Shown here piece after piece: positions 26,581-39,180 of a stretch of 64,000 bases of DNA. How positions within the stretch are numbered: the first letter of the stretch is position 1; the number at the start of each line of letters is the position of its first letter. The stretch lies in the NCBI RefSeq assembly GCF_009914755.1, contig NC_060925.1; one strand, 5' to 3'. Under the pieces are notes generated by a model, which saw only the letters and a list, made by a program, of their open reading frames with translations, did not search any database and was not told where the DNA came from. The stretch is from the human T2T-CHM13v2.0 reference genome, Homo sapiens. A program made the position numbers and the translations under genes.

Positions 26581-29064
26581 TTTTCACTAAGACACTGGCA
26601 CTCAATCCCTTGCTGGAAGCAAGTTACAATATTATTTTGTCTTTTCTTCAAAATATTAATTTGCTAAATCAGAGTTGTGGTAAAGCTTGGCACAGTCCAG
26701 CTAATAGGAATTGTTGCCAGACTTTGGACAAACACATATGCATGTGCTCGAATTCAGACAACCCCCTCTGCCTGGGCCACAGGGAGGGAGGGCTGTGTCC
26801 ATTCGTCTTGTTCTTGCAGTTAGGGCTCTGGGTCAGGACGTTCAGCAAATTGCCCATTCCCCTGTATGTGCACTCAATAAATATTAATTGATGATGATGA
26901 TGATGACAGCTCGTGTTTCTTTTGCGAATGCCAGAACTTCCCATTCTCATTCAATTCACCCTCTTTTGTTTGTTAGGGCAAAATTTTTCCAAGCTGCTGA
27001 GTGTAACAGGTAATTAACACCACTTAATAAGTGTTAAGTAGGATAGTCATCTTTTTTTTTTTTTTTTTCTTGGAAAAGGTTCTTTGGAAGTTAATGGTGC
27101 TGCTGAAGACTCAGGCTTACACCAGGTTCACTCTGTTAAGGAGCATAGCGGTGCATGAGGTCAGCTCCCTCCTCTGGAAACATCAGGTTCTTGTTACATA
27201 AGAGACCTGGCAGCAGAGCCTCACCTGGGAAACGTGGCTGTAGCAGGCAGTGGAAGTGGGGAGGTGTGGCCCTGGGGACTTAGAACCCTCTTCTCTAAGC
27301 AGAGTTGGGCTTCCTTCCCTTTGCTCTGGGCTGGGTGGGCACCGTGGGTGGGACAGGTTGGAGAGGAGGGCGGAGCTCTCAGCTGTGCTAAATTCCCATC
27401 GAGCTCTAGGCAGGTGGGGCTGATGTCGAGGCTCATTATCATCTGCCCCGTGCTGAGTAACTAAAGGCAGAAGATGACCTGTTTCTGCCCTAGTTCCCCT
27501 TCCTGTCACCATGCTCTTCCTTGTCAGGTAAAATCACTGTGACTATTCCCTGGAAGTCTCCCAGGTTTAAAAAGAGACTGGCAGAAAGGATTTCCAGTCG
27601 CCATGTCGTTCCCTGGAAGATGTATAAGAGATAGCCCACGTGATGGAACGGAGATTTTCTTCCCAGGACATAAAGGAAAAAGTGATTGTCTCAAGCCCCT
27701 GAATGAAAGGATGGCTCTGAGTGTCCCTTGGGAGCAACTTTGGCCACTACGTTCTGCCTTCCATAGTATAACTCATCCTTTAAATCTCCACTTGAGAGGC
27801 CGTCACCTCCAAGGGGCCCTCCTTCATTTCCTCACTCAGAACAATGGTTTCTTCTCTCCTTTCCTCCTGCGTCGAGTGCTCCCGTGCTGCCTCGGTTTGT
27901 CCTCTGGCTTCCGTGTTTGTTGTTCATAGAGCCTGTGCTACACCTGGTCATTTACATTGAGTCTCCCCAGCTGGATGGCTTTGCATTCACCACCTAGTAA
28001 GTGCTTCTAATAAATATTTGCTGAATGAGTGTGAAAATGGGGCTCTCCAGCACCGGAATAAGGCTTGTTGAACCCTTAACCCCACTGCCCTCCTTATTCT
28101 GAGAGGAGAGGTGAGTGCCTCTCCTCTCAAACCATCTGAGTCTTTGCCTGATCACTCCCTATAGTCTGGGCATGATTTCTACTCCCTTCGTCTCTGGCTC
28201 AAAGTAAAGAAGAAAAGGAGTGGGAAGCTACAAGTGTTAAGAAGCTCTGAATTGCCAGCAAGTTGTAGGAGAATTTTGTCCCTTAAAATATGTGGTATTA
28301 TTTGAGAGAGCGCTTTTATTCTCATCTCCTCCCTGAGTGAAATCTTAGGTAGTTCAGTAATTTAACAAGCGTGTGAAGAAACTGGCAGAGGCTTTTGAAA
28401 TTCAAGTGTGTCTTGATGCTGTATGAAAACAATTATAAAAGGAAGGCTGGGAGGAGTGGGCAGAGCAAGGCTGGAATCCAAAGGTTTGGTCCTAAAAGGA
28501 AGCTGTCCCCTTACAGATCTATAAAGTGTCCATTGAGACACCAGAAGGGCCAGAGACAGGTGGAAGGAGCTTGTGAGGCTGAATGAAGAGGGGGCCTGTG
28601 GAAGGTGGAAAGAATCCGGCCAGAACTGGAGGGGGGATTCTGGAGGTGGAAGGATGCTGGAGAGCTCACCTCCGTCCCAGGAATATGCCAAAGCCAGCCC
28701 TCCAAGACTAGAGACCACCAGCTGCAGGGCTGCAGGACCCCAGGAAGCCTCAGGGGTGCTCTCCCACGGGGTGGTGTGTGGGAAAGCCAGGAGCCAGAGA
28801 CAACTGCCTTTGACTGCAAATGCCGGTTGCCCAGACTTGAGCCCCTGAAGCAGTAGTAAGTGAGCAGGGCTGTGTGTGCTCAGGACCCTCATGATGTGGG
28901 AGAAGACCCACAGCCTCTGGGAGGGTTGGGTGGGAGGAGGCCTCACACCAGGGGTTTTAAAAAAGAAGCATCTGCCTTGTGTGCTCTTCAGATGGGATTG
29001 GGCATATTCCAGGTGTTATGGCCCGGTGACCCTTGTACGCTTTTCATACCTTGGGTCTGTGAAT

Positions 29065-29548
29065 CTCAGCTCAAGTGTTTAACAAAATCACCTGGAATGC
29101 TCTGAAAAATGCAGATTCTTGACCCAGAGAATCTAAAGAGTCTAGAGTGGAACCTGGAAATCTGCATTTGTAACAAGTGCTCTAGGCAATTTGGATGCAG
29201 GTGGCTGGGGGACTCTATTTTGGGAATCAGTCACTTCTCAAACTTTAATGTGCATGTAAGTCACTGGGGATTTTGTTACACTGCAGGCTTTGATTCGGTA
29301 GGTCTGGGATGGGGCCAAAATTCTGCATTTCTAACAAGATCCCAGGAGAAACTGGATGCTGGAGCAGGGACCACACTTTGAGCAGGGTTCTCAGTGGCTT
29401 ACTTGGGACCTTGTTAGAAAGGGGGACTCTTAGGCCCCACTCAGATCTACTGCGTCTGAAACTTGGGGGGAGTGCAGTCAGCAATCTGGGGTTTAGCAAA
29501 AGCTCCAGGGGGGATTCTAAAGTACCATGAAGTTTGAGAACCACTGCT
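29065..29548. mobile_element. Three adjacent MER5A/MER5A1-like MITEs
   Basis: Three copies of the aatcacctgg/aaatgcagattc/ctgcattt..aacaag pattern at ~29070-29225, 29228-29385 and 29383-29548. Confidence 0.8.
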
Positions 29549-30733
29549 AAAAGATGAGGAAGCTTAAAGAAATGGGTGGGAGGCAGGGTGGGAACAGCCA
29601 GGCTGTAGAGCAGGGCACTAGGCCCAGTCAGTCACCTCCTGCCTTGGTTTCCTTCTCCTCCAGAAACAAGCTGAGACCTGTGAATTCCGATGGAAGAAGC
29701 CTTCTTCCTCATGGTGTTGTGCATACGTGCTTTTCCTCTTGGATCAAAGCAGGAGAACTTCCCCAGTCGACTGGCTGGGATCTGTAATTTATGCAGGATG
29801 GTTGGGCTGCATCCCCTGCACAGGGTACAGCTGGCGGTGAGGGCCCCAAGGGAAATGACGGTGGGGCTAGAGGTGCCTGAGCTGGTCAGTGTCAGTCAGG
29901 CTGGAAGCTGGTCCCCAACGAGCAGTGAGGACAGGAAGGGTCAGGCAGCTCCCAGGGTGCTGGGCAGGGCAAGAGCAGAGCCCGGTGCAGTCCACGAAGG
30001 CAGTGTCTGGAGCATGTGTGGCTGGTTGCTGATGTGTCAGGCACAGCTAAGTCCCAACAGGGGCCTCTGGGCCATCACACCCTGGGTGATCAGGAGCAGT
30101 GGGCAGCAGGGGTGCTGGTTTTGACCCCCCTTCTCTCTCTGTGCCTTTTCCTCCCTGTGCTGCCTTCTCTCAGTGCAGAGGTGGAAATGAGTCCAAGTGG
30201 GTGCCAAGAAGCAACAGGAACATCCACAGTGTGGATTAAATGTGCTCAGGGAGGGTAAGTGAAGAAAACATAGGGAGAAACCAGAGGCCCCATGGGATGG
30301 AAAAGTGGGAGGCCTGGAGAGAAAGCCCCTCTGGGGCTGGAAGCAGCCCGTCACTCCTCTGCCCTTCATGCCGTCACTGACCACTGGGCCTCCCCAGGCC
30401 AGGAGGAAAATTCTTCTGTCTTCAGGTCCTGGCTCACTCAGGCAGACAACTGTCTCTTGCTTTCTCTAACTTATTTTCCTTCGTGTTCCTGATGCAGGCC
30501 TATGGGGAAAATAATCTGCTACTGGTTTCCCTTGAATAGTGGCCCAGGCCCCAGTGGTCAGCCATGAGGGTCCAATTCTGGCCATGGAAGGCCAAGATCA
30601 AAGCAATACTTGGTCCAGGCATTTAGGAGAGCTCCTAACAGCAAAGGGTTTTGAGTCACATCCACAGTTCCTGGTGTACATAAAATCAGTAGGTGTCATA
30701 TTAATTTTATGGTGACTTTTTAAATTATTCTAG

Positions 30734-30875
30734 GACCAGACATGATGGTTCACGCCGCTAATCCCCACAATTTGGGAGGCTGAGGTAGGAGGATCACTTA
30801 AGCCCAGGAGTTGAAGACTAGCCTGGGAAACATAGACCCCATCTCTTAACAAAAAATTTTAAAAAATTTTAAATA
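30734..30875 (+). mobile_element. Alu left monomer (FLAM-like)
   Basis: gaccagacatgatggttcacgcc...ggaggatcacttaagcccaggagtt followed by an A-rich tail. Confidence 0.85.
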
Positions 30876-31728
30876 AGATTATAATTCTAGACTAGGTTAT
30901 TCTGTGTTAAGTTGCTTATGTAGCAGAGCCTTTGTCTTATGGCTTAAAACTATTTAATAAACTTTGATGCAAATTCCAGGAGGTCAAAACATTTAATATG
31001 CCAGCACCAACAAATAGGGACCACTCAAGTCGACCCAACCCAAGTCCCAGCTGGCGGAGTGTTCCTACTGTATCATGCCATTTGAGGTTGGCTGCTAGTC
31101 CCTGACACAGCAAGGCCTATGGGGCTGGGCAGCCCTCCTGGATGCCCAGGCTGGTGCAGGCTTTCCAAAGACGACCTTCATCCAGAGTGATTAAAGAGCA
31201 TGTGGCCTCCTGAGAGCAAAGGGGCCCAGAATGTAGTTTCCTGACATTGCTTGGAGATGCTCACGTGCATGATTATTCATTTGGGAACAAATGGAGAATG
31301 ATCTCCATGCTGGGAATACTGACTTCGTCCGGGGCATCCCAGAGGGATCCTCTGTTTTAGGGCCAGTTTAGTATGGGCTGAGGAATCAAATAAAAGATAT
31401 ATTATCTTTTTCTCCACACTCTTTGGCTCCTGGGGCAAATAAACCTTAGGGCAGACACACAGAACTGGATTATTGCTGTTGAAAACAGGCAAGGATTGAG
31501 GTTTTTTATGATTTGAGAGGCAGGCTGTTGAAACAGCCCTTGGTTTCTCTTCCCACTTGAGGAAGCTGGAGCTTGGTTCAATCAGAGGGAGTCAGGAGAC
31601 TGAATTGAAAAATCAGGAAACCAACTCTGGTTCTGGGTCATTTCATTGACTTTCACGGTAAGAGCAACAAGTTATCTACCTGAGAATGGTCATCATCTAG
31701 TATATGATTATTAAAAATAATAATGACC

Positions 31729-32012
<284 letters not shown>

Positions 32013-32779
32013 AAAAATAATAATGATAATAATGATCACAACACAATAACAATAGTGGTGTCTTCTTTTGCTGGAGGCTTCTTCACTTTTGAGAGCACTG
32101 TCATTCATAGTACATCCTGTGTCCCTGGCTGGTAGGTATGGCATTTTACAGATGGGTAAAATAAGACTCAGCATGGGTAGCTGCTTTTCTAAATAGCACA
32201 CAGTTGAGTATTATGTAACTGTAGGAATTTATATAATGCTTTGAGACACTGGGCTAATATATTGAGACTTATGGGATTACAGCTGTAAAGCTTGTTGTCT
32301 GAGTCGACAGGGGCATTCAGAGATGGGTAGAGACTCTGAGTCTCACAGCTTCTACTGTCTTCAAGATAAACTCAGTGCCAGGAGCTTCCCTGTGGCTTCC
32401 ATAGCTGTGACTTTTAAAGTGTTTGGTCCCAGGCATGCTGACACCAGCCCCTCAGAAAACCTATGCCCTTGGAATGCATGATGAGAGCCAGGAGCAGACG
32501 GATCTCCAACAACAGGGGCGCTTGCTGCCTCTTCATCTCCCTCATCTTCTCCCTTCCCCTGGTCTTAAGGAATCCCTTTTCTCCACCAGGAGCATTATTC
32601 CCTTGCTTCAACTCCAAGCATCCCCTTCCTACTTCTTTTCCTTTAGGGGTAAGAAGAATCTCTCCCACAACCCCTGATGCCCCTCTCCACCACAGTAGTA
32701 AAAATAAGACAGGACTTGGCACACGATTCTATTGTTTTCATAATCTATAAAGGGTACCAATCAGCTGCAGGTCATTGAT

Positions 32780-33310
32780 GGGATAAAACAGCAAACAAAT
32801 GGATACATGAATGAATGAGAGGATACATAACTAGAAATAAAATATTTAGAATGCAGACAAGTAAAATTCCTGGAAAAACAAGATTGTGGACAATGGCTTA
32901 CAGCTGAGCTGAGCATGGCATATACTGCTCTGTTGGGTGGAGGGCACATGTGTGCAGGGATGGAAACCTGCTAGAAGGTTCTTGCACCAGCCTGGAGAGG
33001 AGGTCCAGGGGCAGGATAAATAAAAAGGAAGGAACAAATGCAAGTGGCTGTGAAGAAGCAAGATTTGGAAACAGACTTACATGGAGACTGATGAGAAGAA
33101 GGAGTCAGAGATGGTATGGTTAGTAGAAGTTGGAAATTTAGGAGATAAAGTTTGCAGGTACTGATAGGAATGTGAATTTCAGCACAAAGTGGTTGTGGGA
33201 TATCCAGGTGGAAATGTTTGCCAGCAAATGAAAATTGACTATTAGCATCTGGGTAGGAAGTCAGGACAGGTGGAATACAGTTAGCGTTTACACAGTCCTT
33301 ACCGGTTATC
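32780..33310. mobile_element. L2 fragments
   Basis: gggatatccaggtggaaatgtttgccagcaa..., atgaatgaatga tail. Confidence 0.55.
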
Positions 33311-34054
33311 ATTAATGTCCTTTAATAGGGGCCCTTTGAGGTGGCCTTGTTAAGGAGCCACCCCAGACCAGTGACTTCCATCTCTCTATGCTTTTGCTTT
33401 CACTGTTCCACTTCTAGGATGCCGACCTCTGGTTCCCATAAGTGATTAGGTTTTACTCGCCCTTTCCAACTTCCCTTTGATCACAAACCTTCCATGATCC
33501 CCCTGGTTGGAATGAATTGCAGTCTTTCAGTAATCCCACAATACTTATATTGAGATTTAGGATTTATGACTCTAGAAAGCAGGGTAATAATACATGGCAA
33601 TTCAATAGGCTGTGGCTTGCATGAAATAGTTTCTCCATTTGTTGAAAGAATGAGATTGGCACCATTCAACAGCTTCTCTTATTAAAAAAAAAAAAGTGTT
33701 TTCCAAAGCTAAGGGATGACTCAGGGTCATGGGGCTGTGGTGAGCGCTTGCATCAGCATCTCTGTATTTTGCTTAGAAGCTTTAGGGGTGGTCCTTATAT
33801 AACAGACACTCTCAGAGTTGGGAGGGAACGCCTGGTCTGACTGCCCACACAAATGAATGAGCATTATGCCTGCCTGGTGGTTATTCAGCCCCTGCCCGAG
33901 CATGTCCGGTGACAGGGAGCTGTGTCCTGCCGGCCTCGATGGCTTGTTAAGGAAGGGCTGAGTGGATGGTTGGGGGAGGATAAACAGTGAAGAGCACAAC
34001 TTTGCTTTTCCCATTGATTACTCAGTCTGGGGCTTGCTGATGGTATCATATGAG

Positions 34055-34400
34055 ATAGGTTAAATCATGCTATGGCAAAACAACAACAACAACAACAACA
34101 CTCAACTCTTGGCAGCTTAAAACAACACAAGTTTCTTTACTGCTCACACTCTAGTCCATCATGAGTTGCCTGGGGGCCTCTTTCCTTACTTGTGGCTTCA
34201 GGATGATGGAGTACCCACCATCCTAAATGCTTTTTGCTTTGTCAGAGGAAAAGGAAAAGAGACTCTGGAGAATTTTGTATCAGCCGTTAAGTGGTCTGGC
34301 CTTCTCTCCACATCACTTCTGCCCACAGCCCATCAGCAGCCCCAACCCCTGAGAGCTGGAAAATGAGACCTTACCACCTTCCAGAAGGCTGAGTGCTGGG
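34055..34400 (-). mobile_element. Old MLT1 MaLR LTR with an (AAC)n run at ~34079-34100
   Basis: gataggttaaatcatgctatggc...gcagcttaaaacaacacaagtttctttactgctcacac. Confidence 0.65.
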
Positions 34401-35928
34401 TGTGAGTGGAGGCAGCCATAATGGCTATGGTGCAGGCCTCATGCAAATGGCCTGGCTGATTTCCATTTGGTCTAGAAGGAAGAGGTTCCTTACCTCTTCC
34501 ACATCATTGTGACAAGAAGCAGCTGGTGAAGTAGGCAAGGATCAGTGTGTGTATCAAAAGGTCACTGTCACTCCTAAAAGTCTCTGGATTAATTGGAGGA
34601 GCCTCTTCTACTTGTAAGGATCCTGTTCAGTGTTCTAGGCATAAGAGGTCATCTAGAGAAGCCACCTGAAATGGCAGAATAAATTCTTCAGCTTTTTTCC
34701 CAACCTCCAAAAGGCTGGAGACCTCCGTGACTAGCTGGCCTGCATTAAGCAGTTTTCCTCTACGTGGAGACAGTGATGAATCCTCCCTGCTTGGAAGGTT
34801 GCAGCCTCCACAATAAATCAAGCCCCAAAGAGAGAAGAAGCAGTGGTGATTAAGAGTGGGACCTGAAATCCAAACTGTAATCAGTCAGAGATTTGTCATT
34901 GGAATTGGAGATGGAGATGGAGAAATAATGGATGATTCAGGCCCACGGTGGCTGTCTCTAAACATGTTAATTGCCTCAGCTTAAGTGGCTGAAACTGATG
35001 ATTAGAAAATGTAGAGATGTGCATAGCAGAACTCACAGCCACTGCCTCCCGGGGCTGGCGCACCCAGCTCTGAGAAAGTGGGCTTTCTCTTTGAATGGGA
35101 GGGGGTAGGGTGATGCCTTGGCTGGGGGTAGATAGGATTGGTTATCACAGCTCTGAGGTCCTATAAGGAGATACAATAGGGACATGGCGTGCCCCCTCCT
35201 GCCAGGTGGTTGAGATTCACAGGGGCTGGTGGTACCTGCTTCACCCACCAAGGGTCACCACCTCTGGAATGATGGCTCCTTTGCTCTGATTCCTCAGGTG
35301 ATTGCCTGAGAAGTCTAAGGTGAGGGTTAATGCAATTCATCTACACTGGACTTTGAGAATAAAGAAGGTGCCCCATAGTTACAAAATGTCTTACACGTGT
35401 GCTGTGCATGTCTTTATTTTTAATGTGTGCGTATGTGTTTCTCCCTCTGTGTCTGCCATCTGGGGTAGTTAGCTCATCTAACTAAATTGAGAGACCAAAG
35501 TCATGGTCCATACCCAAATGGGATGGTTTGAGGGAGTTTGTTCTCCACCCAAAGAAATCTTAGTTTGTAACCACAGGCTGCATATCTAATGCCAGCCAGC
35601 CATGTTGTAAACATATGCACTTGGTCATTTCAATGCACTTTACCACGTATTTGTTAAGTCTCTCCTAACTGCCATGCATTGTACAAAGGCGCTTTGCAAA
35701 TGGAAATGAGAAAAGAATAGACGTTGGCTAAGATGGCTTGCAGAATGCTGGACAGAGGAATCTATCTGTATTGGAAGGTGGGAAGAGGATGATGACTCCA
35801 CAATGGATAGATTATGGAAAGTACCCCTGGGAGGGGGTCAGAAAACATGCTGTGGGGCCCAGAGGTACAGGGGAGGGTGGAGGAACAAGGGACGGTAGGC
35901 AGAGCTCCCAATAGAAAGTGTCATTTGA

Positions 35929-36312
<384 letters not shown>

Positions 36313-36317
36313 CTAAA

Positions 36318-36390
36318 CAATACAAAGTATATTTATATATTATATAAATAAATATATTTAGTAATATGTATCTATATCTCCCTATATAAC
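36318..36390. repeat. AT-rich (TA)n-like low-complexity tract
   Basis: tatatttatatattatataaataaatatattta. Confidence 0.7.
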
Positions 36391-37261
36391 TGGGTAAAAT
36401 GGTGCATTTATATCTGTAGCCTTCCCTACTGCTGGTCTAGGTGCCAAATTTCTTCCTTACAGTTACCCTTTAGCTTACAACTTTGATTTCTGATAAAATG
36501 AAGTTACCCTTGGGAGCAGCTTTTCAATGATTTTAAGCTCCTTTTACCCATTTATACCTGTGTGGCTGGATTGGAGGTGGGAGAGCTTAGTCTTCCTGCT
36601 GGTCACACTTCCCACCATCAGGCCTTTCTTGGTCAGGATCAGTTTCTTCCCTCTTCCCCCAGAGGCTACACTGTCCCTCTTCATCATTGCTAATTGTTGT
36701 TTTTCTCGCGTTCCTCTTGCTCCATCCACCATCAGGCAAAATGCCACTGCCTTCTGAGGCTGGCCATTTTTTCCTGACCCTCCTATATTTGTGATAAATG
36801 TACATATTCACTTTAGGTTTGTGAGTTACTATAGGAGGATACACAGGGGCCAGAAAAACAAGAGCAGGGCAGTTATGGATTCATTAGAAACCCTTGCAGT
36901 ATTTCTCCTAGTGGTCCTGCCTTGGGTCAGATGACACATGGGCTGGACCAGCTCTTCCAGTCTTCCCAGTGGCCATCCATGGGTGACCCCTAGGAGCAAG
37001 CGTGGTATTCTGTTAATAGTAAGCAGTGCACTGAGGGCTTGTGTCATTTGGGTTTGGGTATAATAAAAAGAGGAGTGCCATAAAAAGAAGAACTTACCAG
37101 AAATGGATCTGTGTTGGGGCAGTGGCTCTACGTTGCTGCAGGGAGGGCCTTTGTGTCAACCGTCTGTGAGAGGCAGTGTCCAGGCAGAAGTCAGCTGCCA
37201 TAGAAGCAGGAGTGGCGTTTTCCTCCTCTAACTCAGGGCCGTGTCTCTGCTCCCTCTTCAG

Positions 37262-37374
37262 CTGGTGCTGCCAGAATACTCCATCCATAGCCTCTTCTGC
37301 ATTATGTTCCTGTGTGCGCAAGAGTGGCTCACGCTGGGGCTGAATGTCCCTCTACTTTTCTATCACTTCTGGAG
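37262..37374 (+). CDS. CNIH3: CNIH3 internal coding exon (exon 4 by recall), 113 nt: [37 protein letters not shown](R)
   Basis: Acceptor tctctgctccctcttcag|CTG and donor GGAG|gtaagt. Translation matches the cornichon-family transmembrane region. Phase 0 in, phase 2 out, matching the next exon. Confidence 0.97.
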
Positions 37375-37618
37375 GTAAGTCAGACTGGGACTGGTATATC
37401 CTTCGTCTTTTCTGCCAGGGCAGCCTGCTCTCCAGTGATGATGTCACCCAAATAGACAGCTTCTATTGCCTTCCAATCATCCCTTCCTTTCTGGGTCTCT
37501 CTCTTTAAAGCCTGTTCCCAAACTGCTCTTAGGCAACAAGTCCAATAAGGAAAGGCCCTTTTTGTTGGTTTCATTAACCACAACCCCATCCCTTGTAGGT
37601 CAGTGTTAAAAGCATCTA

Positions 37619-38086
37619 TAGTTGCATTCACAACAGCCAAAGAGTGGAACCAACCCAAATGCCCATCAGCTGATAAATGGAGAAACAAAATATGGTATAT
37701 CCATACAATGGAATACTATTTGTCAATAAAAAGAAATGAAGTACTGATACATGCTACAACATGAAGCCCTAAAGAAAGTATCAGTGAAAAAAGCCAGACA
37801 CAAAAGGCCACATATTTCATGATTCTATTTATAGGAAATGTCCAGGAAAGGCAAATCTATAGACAGAAAGTAAATTCATGGCTGCCAGGGGCTGGGAGGG
37901 AATGAGAATAGGGAATGACTGCTAATGGGTCAAAGGTTTTCTTTTTAGGGTGATGAAAATGTTCTGAAATTAGATAGTCATGATGGTTGCACAACTCTAT
38001 GAATATACTAAAAACCACTGAATTGTACAGTTGTACACTTTAAAAGGGTGACTTTTATGGTATGTAAATTATATCTTAATAAAAAA
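37619..38086 (+). mobile_element. L1MB-type 3' end in intron 4, sense to CNIH3
   Basis: ggaaccaacccaaatgcccatcagctgataaatgg...gggtgatgaaaatgttctgaaattagatag...aataaaaaa. TSD aaaagcatcta / aaaagcaccta. Confidence 0.9.
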
Positions 38087-38379
38087 AAAAGCACCTACCA
38101 GATGGGCTGGATTTTCTGGGACAGTTATAATTTCATAGATTCTATTCCCTGCTAAGACCATGTGTCAGATCATGTGATTTTTGGCTTTTTGTAAAATAGA
38201 GTCACCATATGGACACAGGAGGCAGAGGTGGGGGAATATCTAAATAGTAGAGAAGGTATTTGCGCAGATAAGTTGCCTGCCCTTGACCCTTTGCTGCCAG
38301 AGCATTGGACCCCAAAGTGTTTTATCATTTTTATTGTACCATAAAATCTGGCTTGAATTTAGCCACACCTAAGACATGC

Positions 38380-39180
38380 ACTCCTTCATTTAGAAAACAT
38401 ACGGGATACATAGTACACGCCAGGCATTGTGAGGGATTTCACGTTAAGTGTAAAGCAAAACCTTTACCCTTAAGGAACGTACATCCTAGTGGTGGAGGGA
38501 AATATGTTCTTAACAGACATATGAGGAATACTGGTAGGAGCATAGAGAAAGAAGCACTTAAATTAGACTCAAGAGTGACATTGGAAAAGCACATTCCAGG
38601 GCGAGGGCCCAGCATGTGCAAAGGCCCAGAGTTAAGAGAACACTTGTTGTGTTTGGGAAACAGTAGTTGCTCAGTGAGGTTGGATGTAGGGTTCTTGGAG
38701 GGAAATAAGAAGAGACAGGGTTGGCAGGCAGCTGAGAGTATGGTATGGAGGGCCTGAAATGATTTGATGGGGAAGGTGGAATTAATTTATTCTCTAGGTA
38801 ATGAAAAATGATCAGAAGCTTTAGAAGAAGACAGTGGCATTACCTGATCTGATTTTTAGGAAGGTGGCCTGGGAAGCAGTGTAAAGGATGGGTTAGAGGG
38901 TGAAATATTGAGGATGAAATCCAATGAGGGGGTTATGGTGGGAACTCCAGGTGGAGAGGTGAGAGAGCCTTGACCCAGGTGGTGGGAGTCAGAATGGTGA
39001 GAGAACAAGAGAAGCTGTGGAGGTGAACTGGATAAGCCTTGGCCCATAATTGGGTGCAGGTGAGGGAGAGAAAGCCTCTAGGCTGCGTGGCCGGGAGGTC
39101 GATGGTGCCATTGACCAGGGCCAGCAGGGTAGAAGAAATCTCAGATTTAGGGAGGAAGGAAAAAGATTCGGTTACATCGA
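38380..39180 (-). mobile_element. L2 fragments
   Basis: cattccaggggcgagggcccagcatgtgcaaaggcccagag...gatggtgccattgacc. Confidence 0.7.

Noticed and set aside
28362-28946. 194-aa - strand ORF and overlapping ORFs; similarly 41787..42347
   Set aside because: GC-rich intronic sequence with open frames on both strands and no recognisable protein signature.
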